Made by a program: the position numbers and the translations under genes. Below the pieces are notes generated by a model. The model searched no databases, was not told the origin of the DNA, and was given only the letters and a program-made list of their open reading frames with translations. Of a stretch of DNA of 64,000 nt, positions 42,948 to 55,664 are shown piece after piece. Numbering within the stretch: position 1 is the stretch's first letter; the number at the start of each line of letters is the position of its first letter. Origin of the DNA: an uncultured Methanomassiliicoccales archaeon (GTDB taxonomy: Archaea; Thermoplasmatota; Thermoplasmata; Methanomassiliicoccales; UBA472). Location of the stretch: the NCBI GenBank assembly GCA_963755265.1, contig CAVWKV010000131.1, positions 14,986 through 78,985 on the forward strand, given 5' to 3'.

Positions 42948-45900
42948 CGTGTTATCTCTCGTTCGATCCCACTCCTAAGCCCCTGAGGGATTGTGAAGTA
43001 AAAAATAGTTCCCTTGCCGACCTCGGACTCGAACCATATCTTGCCGCCATGACGTTCGACGATCTTCTTAGTTATCGCTAGTCCGATACCTGTTCCTTCA
43101 TACTGCTCTCTAGAATTTAACCTCTGGAACAGAACGAACACCCTATCCTTGTAAGCTGGGTCGATCCCGATACCGTTGTCGCGAACGGAGAAAAGGAACC
43201 GACCGCCCACGTCCTCACATCCGATATGTATGATCGGCGCTTCGTCCCCATGGAACTTGATCGCGTTGCTGATGAGGTTCTGCAACACTTGCATTATCTG
43301 AACGTCATCGGCGTAGATCATCGGCAGTTCATCGTGAGTTATGGTGGCATGCTCTTCTTGTATCCTGATCGAGAGGCCGGTCAATACTTTTTCCAATGCT
43401 TTCTCCATGTCTATCGGCTGGAACTCTCTTGCCTGTGAATCGACCCTTGTGAAATCGAGCAGGTCGTTGATAAGGTCCTTAGCTCGTAGACCTCCATCTA
43501 TCGCGAAGTCCATGTACTGTTTCGCCTTCCCGTCCAGCTGGTCGGCGTACTTCTTTTCCAACAGACCGAGATATGAGGTCACCATGCGAAGCGGTTCTTG
43601 AAGATCGTGACTTGCAACATAAGCGAACTGCTGAAGCTCGGTGTTGGAACGTCTAAGTTCGTCCTCTAGATCCTTCATCCTTGTAATATCGGTGAAAACG
43701 GCGAGGGCCCCTACCAGCCTGTCGTCCGGATCCTCAAAGGCATGGCGGAGCCGAGCACTATGGCCCGCGACCCGTCGGCTTTCAGTATCTCAAGCTCCTC
43801 CTCAATAACGACCTCACCTTTGAGGAAGGCTCTGGCCACCGGCATTTCCTCCGCTTTGAGACGGACGTTCGTACCTGGGCGGTAAATGCGGAAGCGCGCC
43901 ATGTCCGATAGCTCCCTTGATCGAGCATCGTTCCCCAGATATTTGTGCATGAATCTGTTCCTGATGATGTTCTTTCCATTGGCATCGACCACCGACACCC
44001 CAACCGGCAGGTTGTCGAGAATTGTCTGGAGGCGGGCGCGCTCCCCCTCAGCCTGATGTTGCGCCTGCTTTATGTCGGTGATGTCGATGCTCACAGCGAA
44101 GAAACTATCAGTCCCATCCGGAATGAAGGAGACGCGATAGTAGGAATCGTTCCTATCGATATGGACCTCAAGGATGACCGGCCGGACAGTGTCCTTCATC
44201 CGTTGAAGGTGAGTAAGCATTCCTTGGACGGCCGCGTCGCCTTCCCATTCACGCTCGGTCTTTCCTTTTATATCATCGAGAGAGTTCGCCCCAAGGGCCG
44301 ACAGGGCCAATGGATTGGCGTTGTCAAGGGTCCAGTCGGTGACCTTTCCATTCTCATCGTAAAGAAAGCTATGATATGACACTAGTTCATTGATGTTCTC
44401 GAACAGGCCGCGGTACTTCTCCTCGCTCTCTCTTAGCGCTTCCTCCGTCCTCCTGCGATCGGTTATATCACGCCAGACTACGACAAAGCCGTCGCCGAAC
44501 TTGTTCCCCCGAAAGTCATAAGCGCGCTTGATACGTCGACCTCCTCCATAGATTTCGTCGATATCATAAGACTCCGCCACCAATGGTTCGCCCGTCTCCA
44601 CCGTTCGAAACGTAGTCCTGGAAGAGGCTCAGCTTACCGAAACCTGGGAATAGTTCGATGAGGTTATGACCGACCTGCTGTTCTCGGGTCATAAAGTTGA
44701 GCTTGCATGCCTCATCGTTGACATAGTCGACCCTGAAGTCCACGATCTTATTGTTCTCGTCCCTGACAGCAGAGTAGATGCCAAAAGCATCGCTAAAGCT
44801 CTCGACCGATGTGCGGAAGAGCTGTTCGCTTGTCCTCAGCGATTCCTCCGCACGCTTCCGCTCGGTGATGTCCATGCTAGTACTCCCAACGAGACCGTTG
44901 CCGATCGGATACTGCATCGTGATGTAATACCTGTCCCCATATCGGTTCTCGTGGGTATCCCCGACCCCCGTTGCCGCCACATGGGCCAACGAACTCAGGT
45001 GCCTATCTATACTGGCCCGATCATTCGGGAACTGCCTGTATACTATCTCTGAGAATCTCTTTCCTACAACATCCTCTTGCCGCATGTCCCCCATAAGCTT
45101 AAGGGTCAGCGGATTGACATCGACGTACACTCGGTCGATCGCGTTCCCCTCCTCGTCGTGGACCAATCGAAAGATGGCGACGGCCTCCTGCACATTATCG
45201 AAAAGACCACGGTACCTGGCCTCGCTCTCTTTCAGCGCTTCCTCTGCATGCTTCCGGTCCGTGATATCCTTGTGCACCCAGAGACGACCATATCGCTTTT
45301 CGCCAATGCGTATGGGGATGTGGTCCCGAAGGAGGGTCCGTCCGTTGGACATGCTGACCTCTTCGTTCATTACCGGCCGCCCCAGTCTTACTATTTCCTT
45401 GAAATGGGCCACGGCCGCATCGGGGTCCGCATAAGCTGGACCGATCATCTTGATCATTTCGTTCGCGGATATGTTCACTAGGCCCGCTGGAGGTCGTTCT
45501 ATACCGAAAATGTCGCAGAACGCCTGGTTGGCGAATTCTACTCGGTTGTTGTCAGTGACCAGCAGAATCCCATAATTCATGCTCGAAAGGATCTGATAGA
45601 ACCGTTCCAGAGTGCTGTGCAATTCTTCCTCTGCTTTCTTGCGGTCGGTGACATCGGTTAATATTGATCTGAACCCCGAGTCTTCGGATCTCCCTTGACC
45701 AGATTGCTCTCTAATTGGACCAGGAGCTCGCTTCCATCCTTTCTTCGAACTAGGACAGTATCCACTCGGTTCTCATTCCTCTTTGCAGCTCGCCTGTAAT
45801 GGAGATATAGTGTATCCTGTGAACTAGGCGAAACAAAAGAGAACAGCCCTTTATCTAGGGATTCCTTCCTATCTAGGCCAAGCATATTTGATGCCGTTAG

Positions 45901-46170
45901 ATTGGATTCTTTAATGATCAGTTCAGGCGTAAGGGTGACATATCCGACAGGGGCGAGATCATATAACTCAAAATATTTTGACCTGGCATCCTCAAGTTCT
46001 GCCTGGGTCCTCTGAAGTTCCTCGTTCTGGATGTTAAGCTCTTCTTGATGAATGCTAAGTTCCTCAATAATTTCTGAGGTCCCCTTCTCAGATAAGGCCT
46101 TAGCTGGCCCTTTATTCTGAAGACGCTGCTTAGCCCGCTCTCTGAGCTCCTTTTTATAAGATTCTTTCAT
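42944..46170 (-). CDS. Multi-PAS histidine kinase, split by apparent frameshifts (~45680, ~44600, ~43735)
   Basis: Consecutive ORFs 45658-46170, 44564-45622, 43711-44601 and 42944-43678 form coiled coil + PAS repeats + HisKA/HATPase. Confidence 0.8.
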
Positions 46171-46766
46171 CCATCATTGGAACGATATAGGCCATCTCTT
46201 AGCTCATAGATAACTTGTATTTCTGATTTCTACGGAATAAATATGATCATTGCGCAGCAGGGGCCGAGATAGGGGTCGTATTTACACTTTTCAAGTCCCT
46301 TGGATCTCGGTCCATCTAGTTATTACATATGCATTGTTAACGCTCGGATCCACTCCCTAATTGGCCTCATTAGTCCCTTGCAGCATTCTATGCTTTGTTC
46401 GCCTCAAATTTTGGAGTTATTTCTGGTTCATTATTTTTGACTCTCGACCTTGCCATCGAATAAGCTAAGATAGTTAGAGAGGAAAAATGGAAGTGTACAG
46501 ATGACTGATCATTAGATCATCGGTTAATGAGAATACTGGACGGTCGCTTTGCTCATAAGTTCCTGATGGGTCGACATACACCGTATCGGGTCCCAGGTAT
46601 TTTTTGCCATGGTCCGAAAGTACATTAGTTGATCATCCGGATGCAACGAGCATATGATGATCGATGGCTCTATTTCGATAAGATATTTCAATTGAGGGGT
46701 CAAATAGCATCGATCACTGAGATATGTGTCAGCCCCCCTAGAAGGGACGGTTGCCGGAACAAGTTC

Positions 46767-48651
46767 ATGTCGCCGCAAGAGAAAAACGATGAGCCGCAAA
46801 GTAAGGATCAGGGAGATAAAGGAAGGACTAGGCTCGTCCTGGCTGCATGCCTGGTTTCATTCGTAGTGATCATGGTCATAGATGCGCTCACGCCAGTAGG
46901 GGTGGCCACCGGGGTACTATACATAATCCCGGTGGGTCTGACCCTCTGGTCCAAGAACAGACGGCTAACATACCTTGTCGCCGTGATATCTAGCTTCCTA
47001 GATCCCATTGGCTACTTCATCTCCCCTCCCGGGGCTCCAGCATATTATGAGATATTCAACCGCTCCGTCGGTCTGATCATCATATGGGTGCTGACCGCCC
47101 TGGTCATCCAAAGGAAGTACACGGAAGAAGCAATGGGACGAGCCAATATGGAATTGGAATATAAAGTAGAAGAAGGAACAAGGAACTTGACCGAGAGCGA
47201 GGCAAAGTTCCGAGGTTTGTTCGATAACATTCAACAGTCGGTCACCCTGCATCGGTACGTTTACGACGAGGAAGGCGAGAATAAATGTGGATGAGAATAC
47301 TGATAGATGCCAATCCTGCCGCGCTCAGGGCATGGGGGGTTCGCTCATTCGATGAGCTCAGGGGTAAGCGGGATAGCGAGATACCGACCCCAGAGCTGGC
47401 TGCCATGGGTGTGGAGGCTGCGAGGAGAGTGAAAGCCACGGGAAAGCCAATAGTCGAGGATCAACCATATGACCTCAACGGTCGAGCTTATCTGACGACC
47501 TATGCCCCCCTCGGGGAGGATCACATCATAACCACAGGTACTGACATCACTGCACGCAGAAAGGCGGAGGAATCGCTGAAAGAGAGTGAGGCAAAGTATC
47601 GTGGTCTTTTCGAGAATATCCAGGAAGGGGTAAGTCTGCGCCGTCTCATCTACGACAAGGAAGGTGAGAAACCGTTGACGCCGAATTGATCGAGGCCAAT
47701 CCTGCCGTCCTGAAGACCTATGGCGTCAGCTCGATAGAGGAGCTGAGAAGAGAGAAATACGGGATAAAAGCCAGCTCGCAGATAAAGGCTCTTGCCAGAG
47801 ATTTCGTGAAGAATCTCAGGGCCATAGGGGGACCTGCCACCGAACAGATGCATCTCGATACTAACGGTCGAGATTACATGGTGACCATTGCTCCGATCTG
47901 GAAGGATTTCATCATCACTACGAGCGTTGACATAACTGATATCAAACGGACAGCGAAAGAGCTAGAGGAAGCAAGGTCTAGGGCACAGCTATATGTTGAT
48001 CTCCTATCTCATGATATAAACAACTACAACACGGCGGCCATGGGCTACCTTCAGCTCGCAGAAACGAGGCTCAAGCTCGACAATGGGGATATGAAGCTCA
48101 TTATCAAGCCATTGGAAGACCTAGGCAAAAGTACCGAGCTAATAGCCAACGTGCGGGATATCCAGAAGTTGGAGGAAGGGAGCGAAAGTATCGAGCTTGT
48201 GGACATCTGTACCATGCTCAGAGAGATCAAGAAGGAGTACCAGAACCCATTGGGCCGAGATGTAACGATAGCCCTCAAGGAGAATGACCATTGTTCCGCC
48301 AGGGCCTCGGACCTGATAAGGTCGGTGTTCTCGAACATCGTAAGCAACGCAGTAAAGCATACCACCGGGGCGGTAGAGATACTCATGACCTTGAGCTCTG
48401 AATCGAATGAGGGAAGGGACTATGTCCGGGTGAGCATCGAGGACAACGGCCCCGGTATACCTGATGAGATGAAGGAGAATATATTCGCACGTTCGCTGCA
48501 AGGCCTGACCCGGAGGACAGGACATGGCCTCGGGCTTTACCTTGTAAAAAGGATAGTCGAGGACCACGGCGGCAAGGTGTGGGCGGAGGACCGTATCCCG
48601 GGCGATCATACGCAGGGAGCGAGGTTCGTCGTCCTACTGCCAATGATATGA
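46767..48651 (+). CDS. Membrane-anchored PAS-PAS histidine kinase, split by apparent frameshifts (~47285, ~47670)
   Basis: 4-TM N-terminus, two PAS repeats, LLSHDINN, EDNGPGIP, GLGLYLV. Confidence 0.8.
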
Positions 48652-48694
48652 CAATATTGTGCTATACTGAATTGATAAGGACCCTACAAGGTCG

Positions 48695-48910
48695 TCAATT
48701 CTTCTCGATATCGATAAGCTTCAGACGCGACCGCTTCATCAATACTTGTGCGAGATCAAGCTGTTCGTCCGGGATCTCTAACAATTCCTCTATATGAATG
48801 ACCTGGACCACATCCTCGGGCCACCTGATGTATGGAATGCCTGCCGCCACGGGATCTCTCAGTAGCTTCAGGAGCACTTCCTCTACGCTCACTCTTCTCT
48901 CTGCGCTCAT
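48695..48910 (-). CDS. Small hypothetical protein
   Basis: 71-aa ORF from ATG 48910 with plausible composition. Confidence 0.45.
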   Translation of the reverse strand: MSAERRVSVEEVLLKLLRDPVAAGIPYIRWPEDVVQVIHIEELLEIPDEQLDLAQVLMKRSRLKLIDIEKN

Positions 48911-49401
48911 GATACTAGATCTCATTAACAATGTGATCGTTTGATATTCATCCCCCCATGCCAGGCTGGACCAATGGTCATGATAAGATATGATCTTAGA
49001 TGATACAGTGAAAGGCTCGTTGACAGAGGTATCAAAGTCAGGATGGGTTTGGCACACCGTATCATGGTGAATTACCCCGCCAACGACCGCCCAATGGCAC
49101 CCTATGCGATATTCAGCTCAAGAGCTGAGGATCATATTAGTACATGGTGAGCCTGACCCGTTTGATGGTCGATACATGAAATGGCCCATCTTGGCCGATC
49201 CATTTACCTAGGTAGGTAAGTGATCGAGCAATCATGCCAGAAACAATAGTTATGACCCGAACAGTTCTATGCAAAGGTGGGACAGAGCGTAGCCTGTAAG
49301 AAGCTAGCTAATGTACGGAGAACGCAGCCCTGACGCATCCAATATATCCACAAAGGGGCGTTATTGACAAAAAATATTAGATGACTAGATATGGATGAAA
49401 G

Positions 49402-49474
49402 TGGACACGGCGAGATTTGAACTCGCGGCCTCTACCATGCCAAGGTAGCGATCTTCCAGCTGATCTACGTGCCC
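49402..49474 (-). tRNA. tRNA-Ala(GGC)
   Basis: Acceptor GGGCACG/CGTGTCC with G3:U70; anticodon arm CTACC-TTGGCAT-GGTAG; T loop GTTCAAATC. Confidence 0.95.
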
Positions 49475-49675
49475 ATTTTTTTATTTTGGTCTCATCATTG
49501 CTCTGAGCAAAGATGAATCATTCGTCTAATAAAGGCATCCAAGGCCTTTCGATCTTATCACCCATCTCAGGTCTTATTAATATAGATTTCTGCTTGCTAA
49601 TGACATACCAGCTTTCGCAGGACACATCATATTCCTAGAATATCTCGTTGAGATAACTTCTGTGTTCCATACTAT

Positions 49676-51086
49676 TCATATCTGATCTAAACGTTTTTGG
49701 AAACGCATCCTTTCACCGGGAATGTTTGTTGGATACTCTCCGTTCAAGCATGCCATGCAAAGATCTGTTTCCGGATCCCTAGTGCTCTTTCCAGACCCTG
49801 TATGCTTGTGTACCCAAGTGAATCAGCGGTAAGCATCTCCGCTATCTGATCAACGGTCCGACCAGTGGCCGCGAACTGATCCCTTGATTTCATATCTATT
49901 CCATAATAACAAGGTGCCCTTATCGGCGGACAGCCTATCCGTACATGAACTTCAGCAGCACCAGCTCTTCTGAGCATCTGCACTATCTTTCTTAGCGTTG
50001 TACCACGAACGATCGAATCATCGACCACGACAACACGCTTACCAGCAACTGTTGACTTGATAGGGTTAAGTTTTAGACCTACCCCTTCGTCCCTCAACGT
50101 CTGCTCTGGCATAATGAATGTTCTTTCTACATACCTGTTCTTCATGAACCCCTCTTCGTATGGTATGCCCATTCTTTCAGCATAACCAAGCGCATGGGCC
50201 CTCCCAGAATCTGGCACTGCTATAACGACGTCTGCATCAACGGGTTGTTCATCCGCAAGGATCATTCCTAGTTTCTTCCTTACATCATAGACTTCTTTTC
50301 CGTCTATGACCGAATCAGGACGAGAGAAGTAGACCCACTCGAACATGCAATGCGCACAATGAGCTAGCTGTGTTTGCGCACGATAAGATGTGAAGCCGTC
50401 CTTTGTTATCTCAACTATCTCTCCTGGTACGATATCTCTTATGAATTCGCCTTGCATTATATCGAACACAGATGATTCAGATGCCACACAATAGCCTGAA
50501 GAAAGCTTACCGACGCATAGCGGATGGAACCCAAGCGGATCCCTGACACCAAAGACCCTGTTCCCGACCATTATAACAAGGGAATATGCTCCATCCAGAA
50601 CCTTCATTGTTCCCCGGATCGCCTTTACAACATCCGAGTTCTGTTTGAGTTCATTCACGAGGATCCGTATGATTATCTCAGAATCCGTTGTAGTTAGGAA
50701 TGCCCATCCTTCGGTCTGCAATTTTTGGCGGAGCTTGGTCGAATTGACAATATCCCCGTTATGACCAAGTGCAACGTCACCAGATGATGATGTAACAACG
50801 ATCGGTTGACAATTCTGAGCGCAGGATGATCCTGTGGTAGAGTACCTAACATGACCGATCCCAACGTTCCCCTCAGGGCGTCATACTCCTTCCCCTGGAG
50901 CACCTCGTGGACTAGGCCCATACCTCTGAGATAGCTTATATTAGAATCGAATATTGCTACTCCAGCAGCTTCCTGGCCACGATGTTGTATAACGCGCAAG
51001 GCCCTTTTTAGCTCTGGGGCAACATTTGTCGTCAACGCCATCGCGACGACCCCGCAGAAGTGCTTGGGCCTGTCGTTATTCATCAT
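49676..51086 (-). CDS. purF: Amidophosphoribosyltransferase (several apparent frameshifts)
   Basis: HFCGV, QHRGQEAAG, CMFEWVYFSRPDS, VVDDSIVRGTT; restored C-terminus DLCMACLNGEYP. Confidence 0.93.
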
Positions 51087-51099
51087 ACCGACCATATTA

Positions 51100-51267
51100 T
51101 TAGTGCTTCTTAGCCCAAGAATATGACCTAAGCTTCGTGGTCTTTCCGTATCCACAGGAAGCACATATGCCCTTAGCCAAGTTGAACGAGGCTTTGCCAC
51201 ATCTTCGGCATGGCACGTGCGCTTTGCCGCTTGACTTCTTACCCATTGATGGAGTGCCTTTGCTCAT
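51100..51267 (-). CDS. rpl37e: 50S ribosomal protein L37e (below the ORF-track cutoff)
   Basis: Hand translation: MSKGTPSMGKKSSGKAHVPCRRCGKASFNLAKGICASCGYGKTTKLRSYSWAKKH. Confidence 0.95.
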   Translation of the reverse strand: MSKGTPSMGKKSSGKAHVPCRRCGKASFNLAKGICASCGYGKTTKLRSYSWAKKH

Positions 51268-51279
51268 GTCCAAAATCTC

Positions 51280-51507
51280 CTAAGGTGAAATGTAAATTAC
51301 ATTATCCCCACGTACGATCGTGAGATCGAGCTTCCTCACCACTTCATTGTTGATAAGCTCCTCGGCGTTCTTTAGTACAAGATTCATGTGTGGGTCATAC
51401 CCATCAAGCACTCCTCTATACTCCCTGTTCGCCTTTAGCTCGACGATCACAGGATGATTTATCGCCTGATTCAGAACGGTGAGAGGTTTCTGCATATTCA
51501 CAGCCAC
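51280..51507 (-). CDS. Sm-like archaeal protein (Lsm/SmAP1)
   Basis: [26 protein letters not shown]; typical position upstream of L37e. Confidence 0.93.
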   Translation of the reverse strand: MAVNMQKPLTVLNQAINHPVIVELKANREYRGVLDGYDPHMNLVLKNAEELINNEVVRKLDLTIVRGDNVIYISP

Positions 51508-51625
51508 TGAACTTCCCCATTAACCGTGGAGTATTTTAACTTTGTGCGGAAAAAGACCCTGACATATGGCTGGAATGGACGGTCAGCTGCCTACGAAAGG
51601 ACAGGGGGATCAGACCATGGAAAGA

Positions 51626-52747
51626 TCAGACAAAGGCACCTATCGTGGGTGCGTCCAAACGATCCATATCATAAGCGATTATTCCCTCGATCATGCCCTT
51701 GCGGTCCAGCTTTCCATCATGGAGGGAAGCGATCAAGGAAGCGCGCCATAACAGGTCCAGAGCGGCTGTAGTAATGACCCCATAGTATGTGTTCGCCAGG
51801 AAATCTTCATAATTATACTCATCCACTAAATAATAGGCATATCCCATGACACTGTCTCTGGCGTTAAGCATGCTCATGTAGTCAAAGAAGACTTTTCGAC
51901 CTTCCCCCTCAGGCACCAGCAATCTTACCTTTGAGGGGTCTATGTCCTTCACGTATGTTACACCGCCATCGTCGTTCAGTACGGACCATTCTATCTTGTT
52001 ATCCCTAGTCAGGAAAATGTTCCATCTTCCGATCTGATCGCAGTAGACTGGCGCACTGAAAACGTTATCGGCTGACAATGATTCAAGGCCGGTCTCTTGA
52101 GCGGACCGTTCAAGTTCATCCACTTTGTATTCTGGTGAGGATAAATGTGCTGGAAGTCGCATCTCTTCCTCCTCCGCTGACATGTCCAGTGCCTTTGCAA
52201 GGTACTGAGGGTCCAAAAGCTCTTCGATCTTCACTTGGACCTCTCGTCTTATGATCTCTGGAGAATGAAACGTCCCCGCTTCTTTGCAATTCGATATGAA
52301 CTGCTGGTAAACCGCCTTAGAATGGTCAAGGGTGGTCCTTAGAACCTGAAGATTATCTGAGACAAGCTTCTTTCCCTCCGCCAGCGCATCGCCACTATCG
52401 CCCCAAACGCCCCTGCATGATAAATTCAGCTCGACTTGCACCCTCGTGCCCACATGTGCATATGAAAAGGGAACTGACGACAATAATGTGGCCGCTTTTG
52501 ATAGATCTGGCATCTTCGACGCGGATCCAAGAATGTACATGGACCCTCGCCCTGTTTCAAAGCTATGGCAAAATGCCGATATGGCTCATCCTTTTGAACA
52601 ACGCTTGAAGGATGCTCCTGTTTTGAAAGATCGGCCTCTTCGGGCAGAAGCTCGGGCTGACATAGGCAACAAAGCCCACATTTATCATAACACAGTAAAA
52701 CCCCGGCCCTCCAGCTCGGAAAAGTCCAGATCAATGTCTAATTGCAC
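51626..52747 (-). CDS. YkgJ/CxxCxxCC family cysteine-cluster protein (frameshifted)
   Basis: CYDKCGLCCLC, CTFL, CQIYQKRPHYCRQFPFH, then ELNLSCRG in the next frame; GTG start at 52747. Confidence 0.75.
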
Positions 52748-53986
52748 AGACGTCCCTTCCAGCCCGTTCGCCGACCATCGAACCGTCCTCAACGACCATC
52801 TCACCGCGGGAGAAGGTCGCATGTGGAAATATGGCTTCATGGCCTTCGAACAATGTCCAGCCACACTTGCTATGTAGGTTATTAATCTTTATGGCGGTCA
52901 TCTTGCTTGGATCTATCGCGATCAGGTCTGCGTCATAGCCTATCTCGATCTTTCCTTTATTAAGAGAGAATATCTCAGCTGGCCTCTCAGAGGTCGCTTT
53001 TACAAGCCTTTCTAGGGGCAGTGATCCCCTCTTTGCCAACGCCATGAGCATTGGGAATGTTGTCTCTACACCTGGTGCTCCAGAAAGCGCGACATCAAAA
53101 CTCTCTGACTTTTCTTCTATAGTATGTGGAGCATGGTCCGAACCGATCATGTCTATCTTGCCATCGATGAAGGCCTGGAATAGGGCGTTCTTATCATTGG
53201 TCGTCCTTAGAGGCGGATTTACCTTGGCAAAGGCGCCCTTACCGCAGCCCTTATCCAAGAAAAGATGGTTCGCTGTTACCTCGCAAGAAAAGTTAGTTCC
53301 TTTTACTGCTTCCAAACCCTCTTTTGACGAGATATGGCATATATTGAAATGACCATCCATTCTAGAAAGCCTCTGTATGGCTGATACCTCTGCAGATGAA
53401 GGACGATGACGAAGATGGTCATCTAGGTCCAGTTCCTCACCTTTCAATAGCCGGCCCTCATCCTCCGCATGCACGCTGAGCACTTTCCCAGTAGCTTTCG
53501 TCCTTAAAGCGATGTTCTTCAGTTCTCCATCGTCCGTGACGATAAGCTTGCCTGTAGAGGACCCCATGAACACCTTGAACGCCACCGCACTTTCTGCCAT
53601 GCTCTCGATATCAGAACCAGCTATGCATCCTCCGAACAGACCATAATCGATGAGCGCCTTACGGGCGATCGAGCTTTTTTCTCTTCCAGCGATGATCTGT
53701 TTATCGATGGCGGCTTTGTATTAGGCATATCCAATACGCATGTCACCCCTCCGCATGCGGCAGCGAGCGTACCTGTCCCAAAGTCCTCTTTATCTGTAAA
53801 TCCCGGATCTCTCAGATGAACATGTGGATCCACAGAACCAGGAAGTATCAACATCTCCCCAAGATCTATCCGGTCCCCTCCGCTCAGCGAGCTCCCGAGC
53901 TTTACTATCTTGCCATCCTCGATACCGATGTCGATATGGCCAAGCTTCCCCCTGAAAAAGGCCCGACCTCCGATTATCTTATCCAA
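52731..53986 (-). CDS. pyrC: Dihydroorotase (frameshift in A run near 53675)
   Basis: DPHVHLRDPG, DMPNTKP, VHAED, KVNPPLR, GSDHAPH. Confidence 0.9.
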
Positions 53987-54590
53987 TCAGCTCAGCTCCT
54001 TTCTGACCGCCTTTCCTCGTGGGGCCTCTTCGGTGAATACATCGGCCTGAAAACTGGAGATCTTTGTATCTTTGTCAAGCCACATGTCCGGTGTCATTCC
54101 TGCCTTGACGCATGTCTGCCTTAGGAACTCTTCCTCATCCCACCCATATTCAACTGGTACCTGAGGAAGAAGAAGACCATGATATGGTCCGTTAGAAGCT
54201 ATGAGGCCATCCCTCCCAACCTTTATGGTCTTTGGCAGAAGCTTAGGATCGCTAACTAGAACTTCCTTTGGAGGTGTAAGAATGGACACTTCGACAACTA
54301 TGCTATTCAGCTCATCTTCTCTAAGGTCCTCGAACCTGGGATCGTGACAGGCGTACTGAGCTGCTTGTATCAAAGCGCTAGCGAGCGAGAATATTGGCTC
54401 TGGGAATCCGATACATCCTCGGAGGAGCATCGATGGATAGCTGCTAAGTGTTACGAATACGCCACAGTTCCTCCCTAAAGCTTGGGGGCACATCAGCGGT
54501 GTTGCTCTCTTTCCCCATCGTCTCAGCCTCTACGGCCACTCTGGCTAACCTTACTGCCTGCTCACCCTCGATGTCGTTCATGTTCATCAT
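53987..54590 (-). CDS. AMMECR1-domain protein (frameshift near 54480)
   Basis: GVFVTL, LRGCIG, DPRF, GLLLPQV, CVKAG. Confidence 0.9.
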
Positions 54591-54707
54591 CTTCCCGATC
54601 TTTCTGGCCAAGTTCCAACGAGGCATATGGTCATGGACCAATATTCTACTGATCGGTCCTACTATTTTCCGCCAACCTTTTCTATGTTGCGGTCTGTGAT
54701 AAACACT

Positions 54708-55296
54708 ATGGCCGATTCCGTTCGCGATATCTACGTCGAAGAGATAATGACCAAAGTACCCGTCATAGGCAGCACGAACCTATCTGCCAAGGACATCGCC
54801 GTCCTGATGACATCTTGGAAAGTTGGAAGCGTGATACTTGTCGAGAATGATCAACCGGTTGGTATAGTTACCGAGCGTGATATTGTTGAAAAGCTTGTTT
54901 CACAAGATATACGCCCCTCCGATGTGTGCGCATCGATGATCATGACTGAGCCTCTTGTCACTATCGGCCCAAGGGATAGCGTTGCTGATGCTGCACGAAA
55001 GATGGCCCGTTTGGGCCTTAGACGGCTGCCGGTCGTCGATAAAGAGCAGCTGGTCGGTATGTTAACAGAAAATGACAGTACTTCGCATATCTCCTTCCCT
55101 GATCGATATCACACGTGAATGGCAGATGATGAGATCTTCGTCTGAAAAAGAGCCTATCGATGTATCTTTGAGCGGATATTGTGAGAATTGTGAGAACTAT
55201 TCTGATGACCTGAGGCAGGTAGGAGATGTCAGCGGTCGAGGCTCTCTGCTATGCCCTGAGTGCCGCGACATCTTTGTAAAGGAGCCACGGGACTGA
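54708..55296 (+). CDS. CBS-pair protein with C-terminal zinc ribbon (frameshift near 55078)
   Basis: VGIVTERDI, RRLPVVD, then GYCENC...LLCPEC. Confidence 0.85.
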
Positions 55297-55660
55297 TCAC
55301 TGTAGCTCGATCTTCCTTAGCCTTTCAGGCGCCTGCTTTTTTAATTCATCAGAAGCACTTAGCTGAGCGTCTATTATCGAACGGACCATTAACATGGCCT
55401 CTTTCTTTGCAGCGCCATAATGCTCCCTTACCTCAGGAGGGATCTTTTCCCTTGGTAACATTGCATCCATCGCTAAGAGCATCTCGGAGCTCGCTCGGAT
55501 TCAAGTGATCGCGCACTTCCTTGTTAAGCACTGCCTCCGACATGAGCTGGGCCTCCCGTCGGATGCGCCTTGTCCTTTCTGCGGCATCTTCCTCTATATC
55601 CTTTTGGTCGCAATCGCTATCTTCATTTTTGTTTTCTTGTGGTTCCTCTGTCATTTTCAT
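55297..55660 (-). CDS. Helical hypothetical protein downstream of Get3/ArsA (one extra A near 55500)
   Basis: Joining ORFs 55433-55660 and 55297-55482 gives EVRDHLIRASSEMLLA...EVREHYGAAKKEAMLM...RKIELQ. Confidence 0.7.
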
Positions 55661-55664
55661 CAGC

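Noticed and set aside
43700-43740. Pyrrolysine (TAG) read-through in the split kinase; also considered for pyrC at 53621
   Set aside because: The downstream coding sequence is in a different frame, so these are frameshifts, not in-frame ambers.
47270-47690. Programmed frameshifting at equivalent positions of two PAS repeats
   Set aside because: No canonical slippery heptamer or stimulatory structure; A-rich context in an error-prone region.
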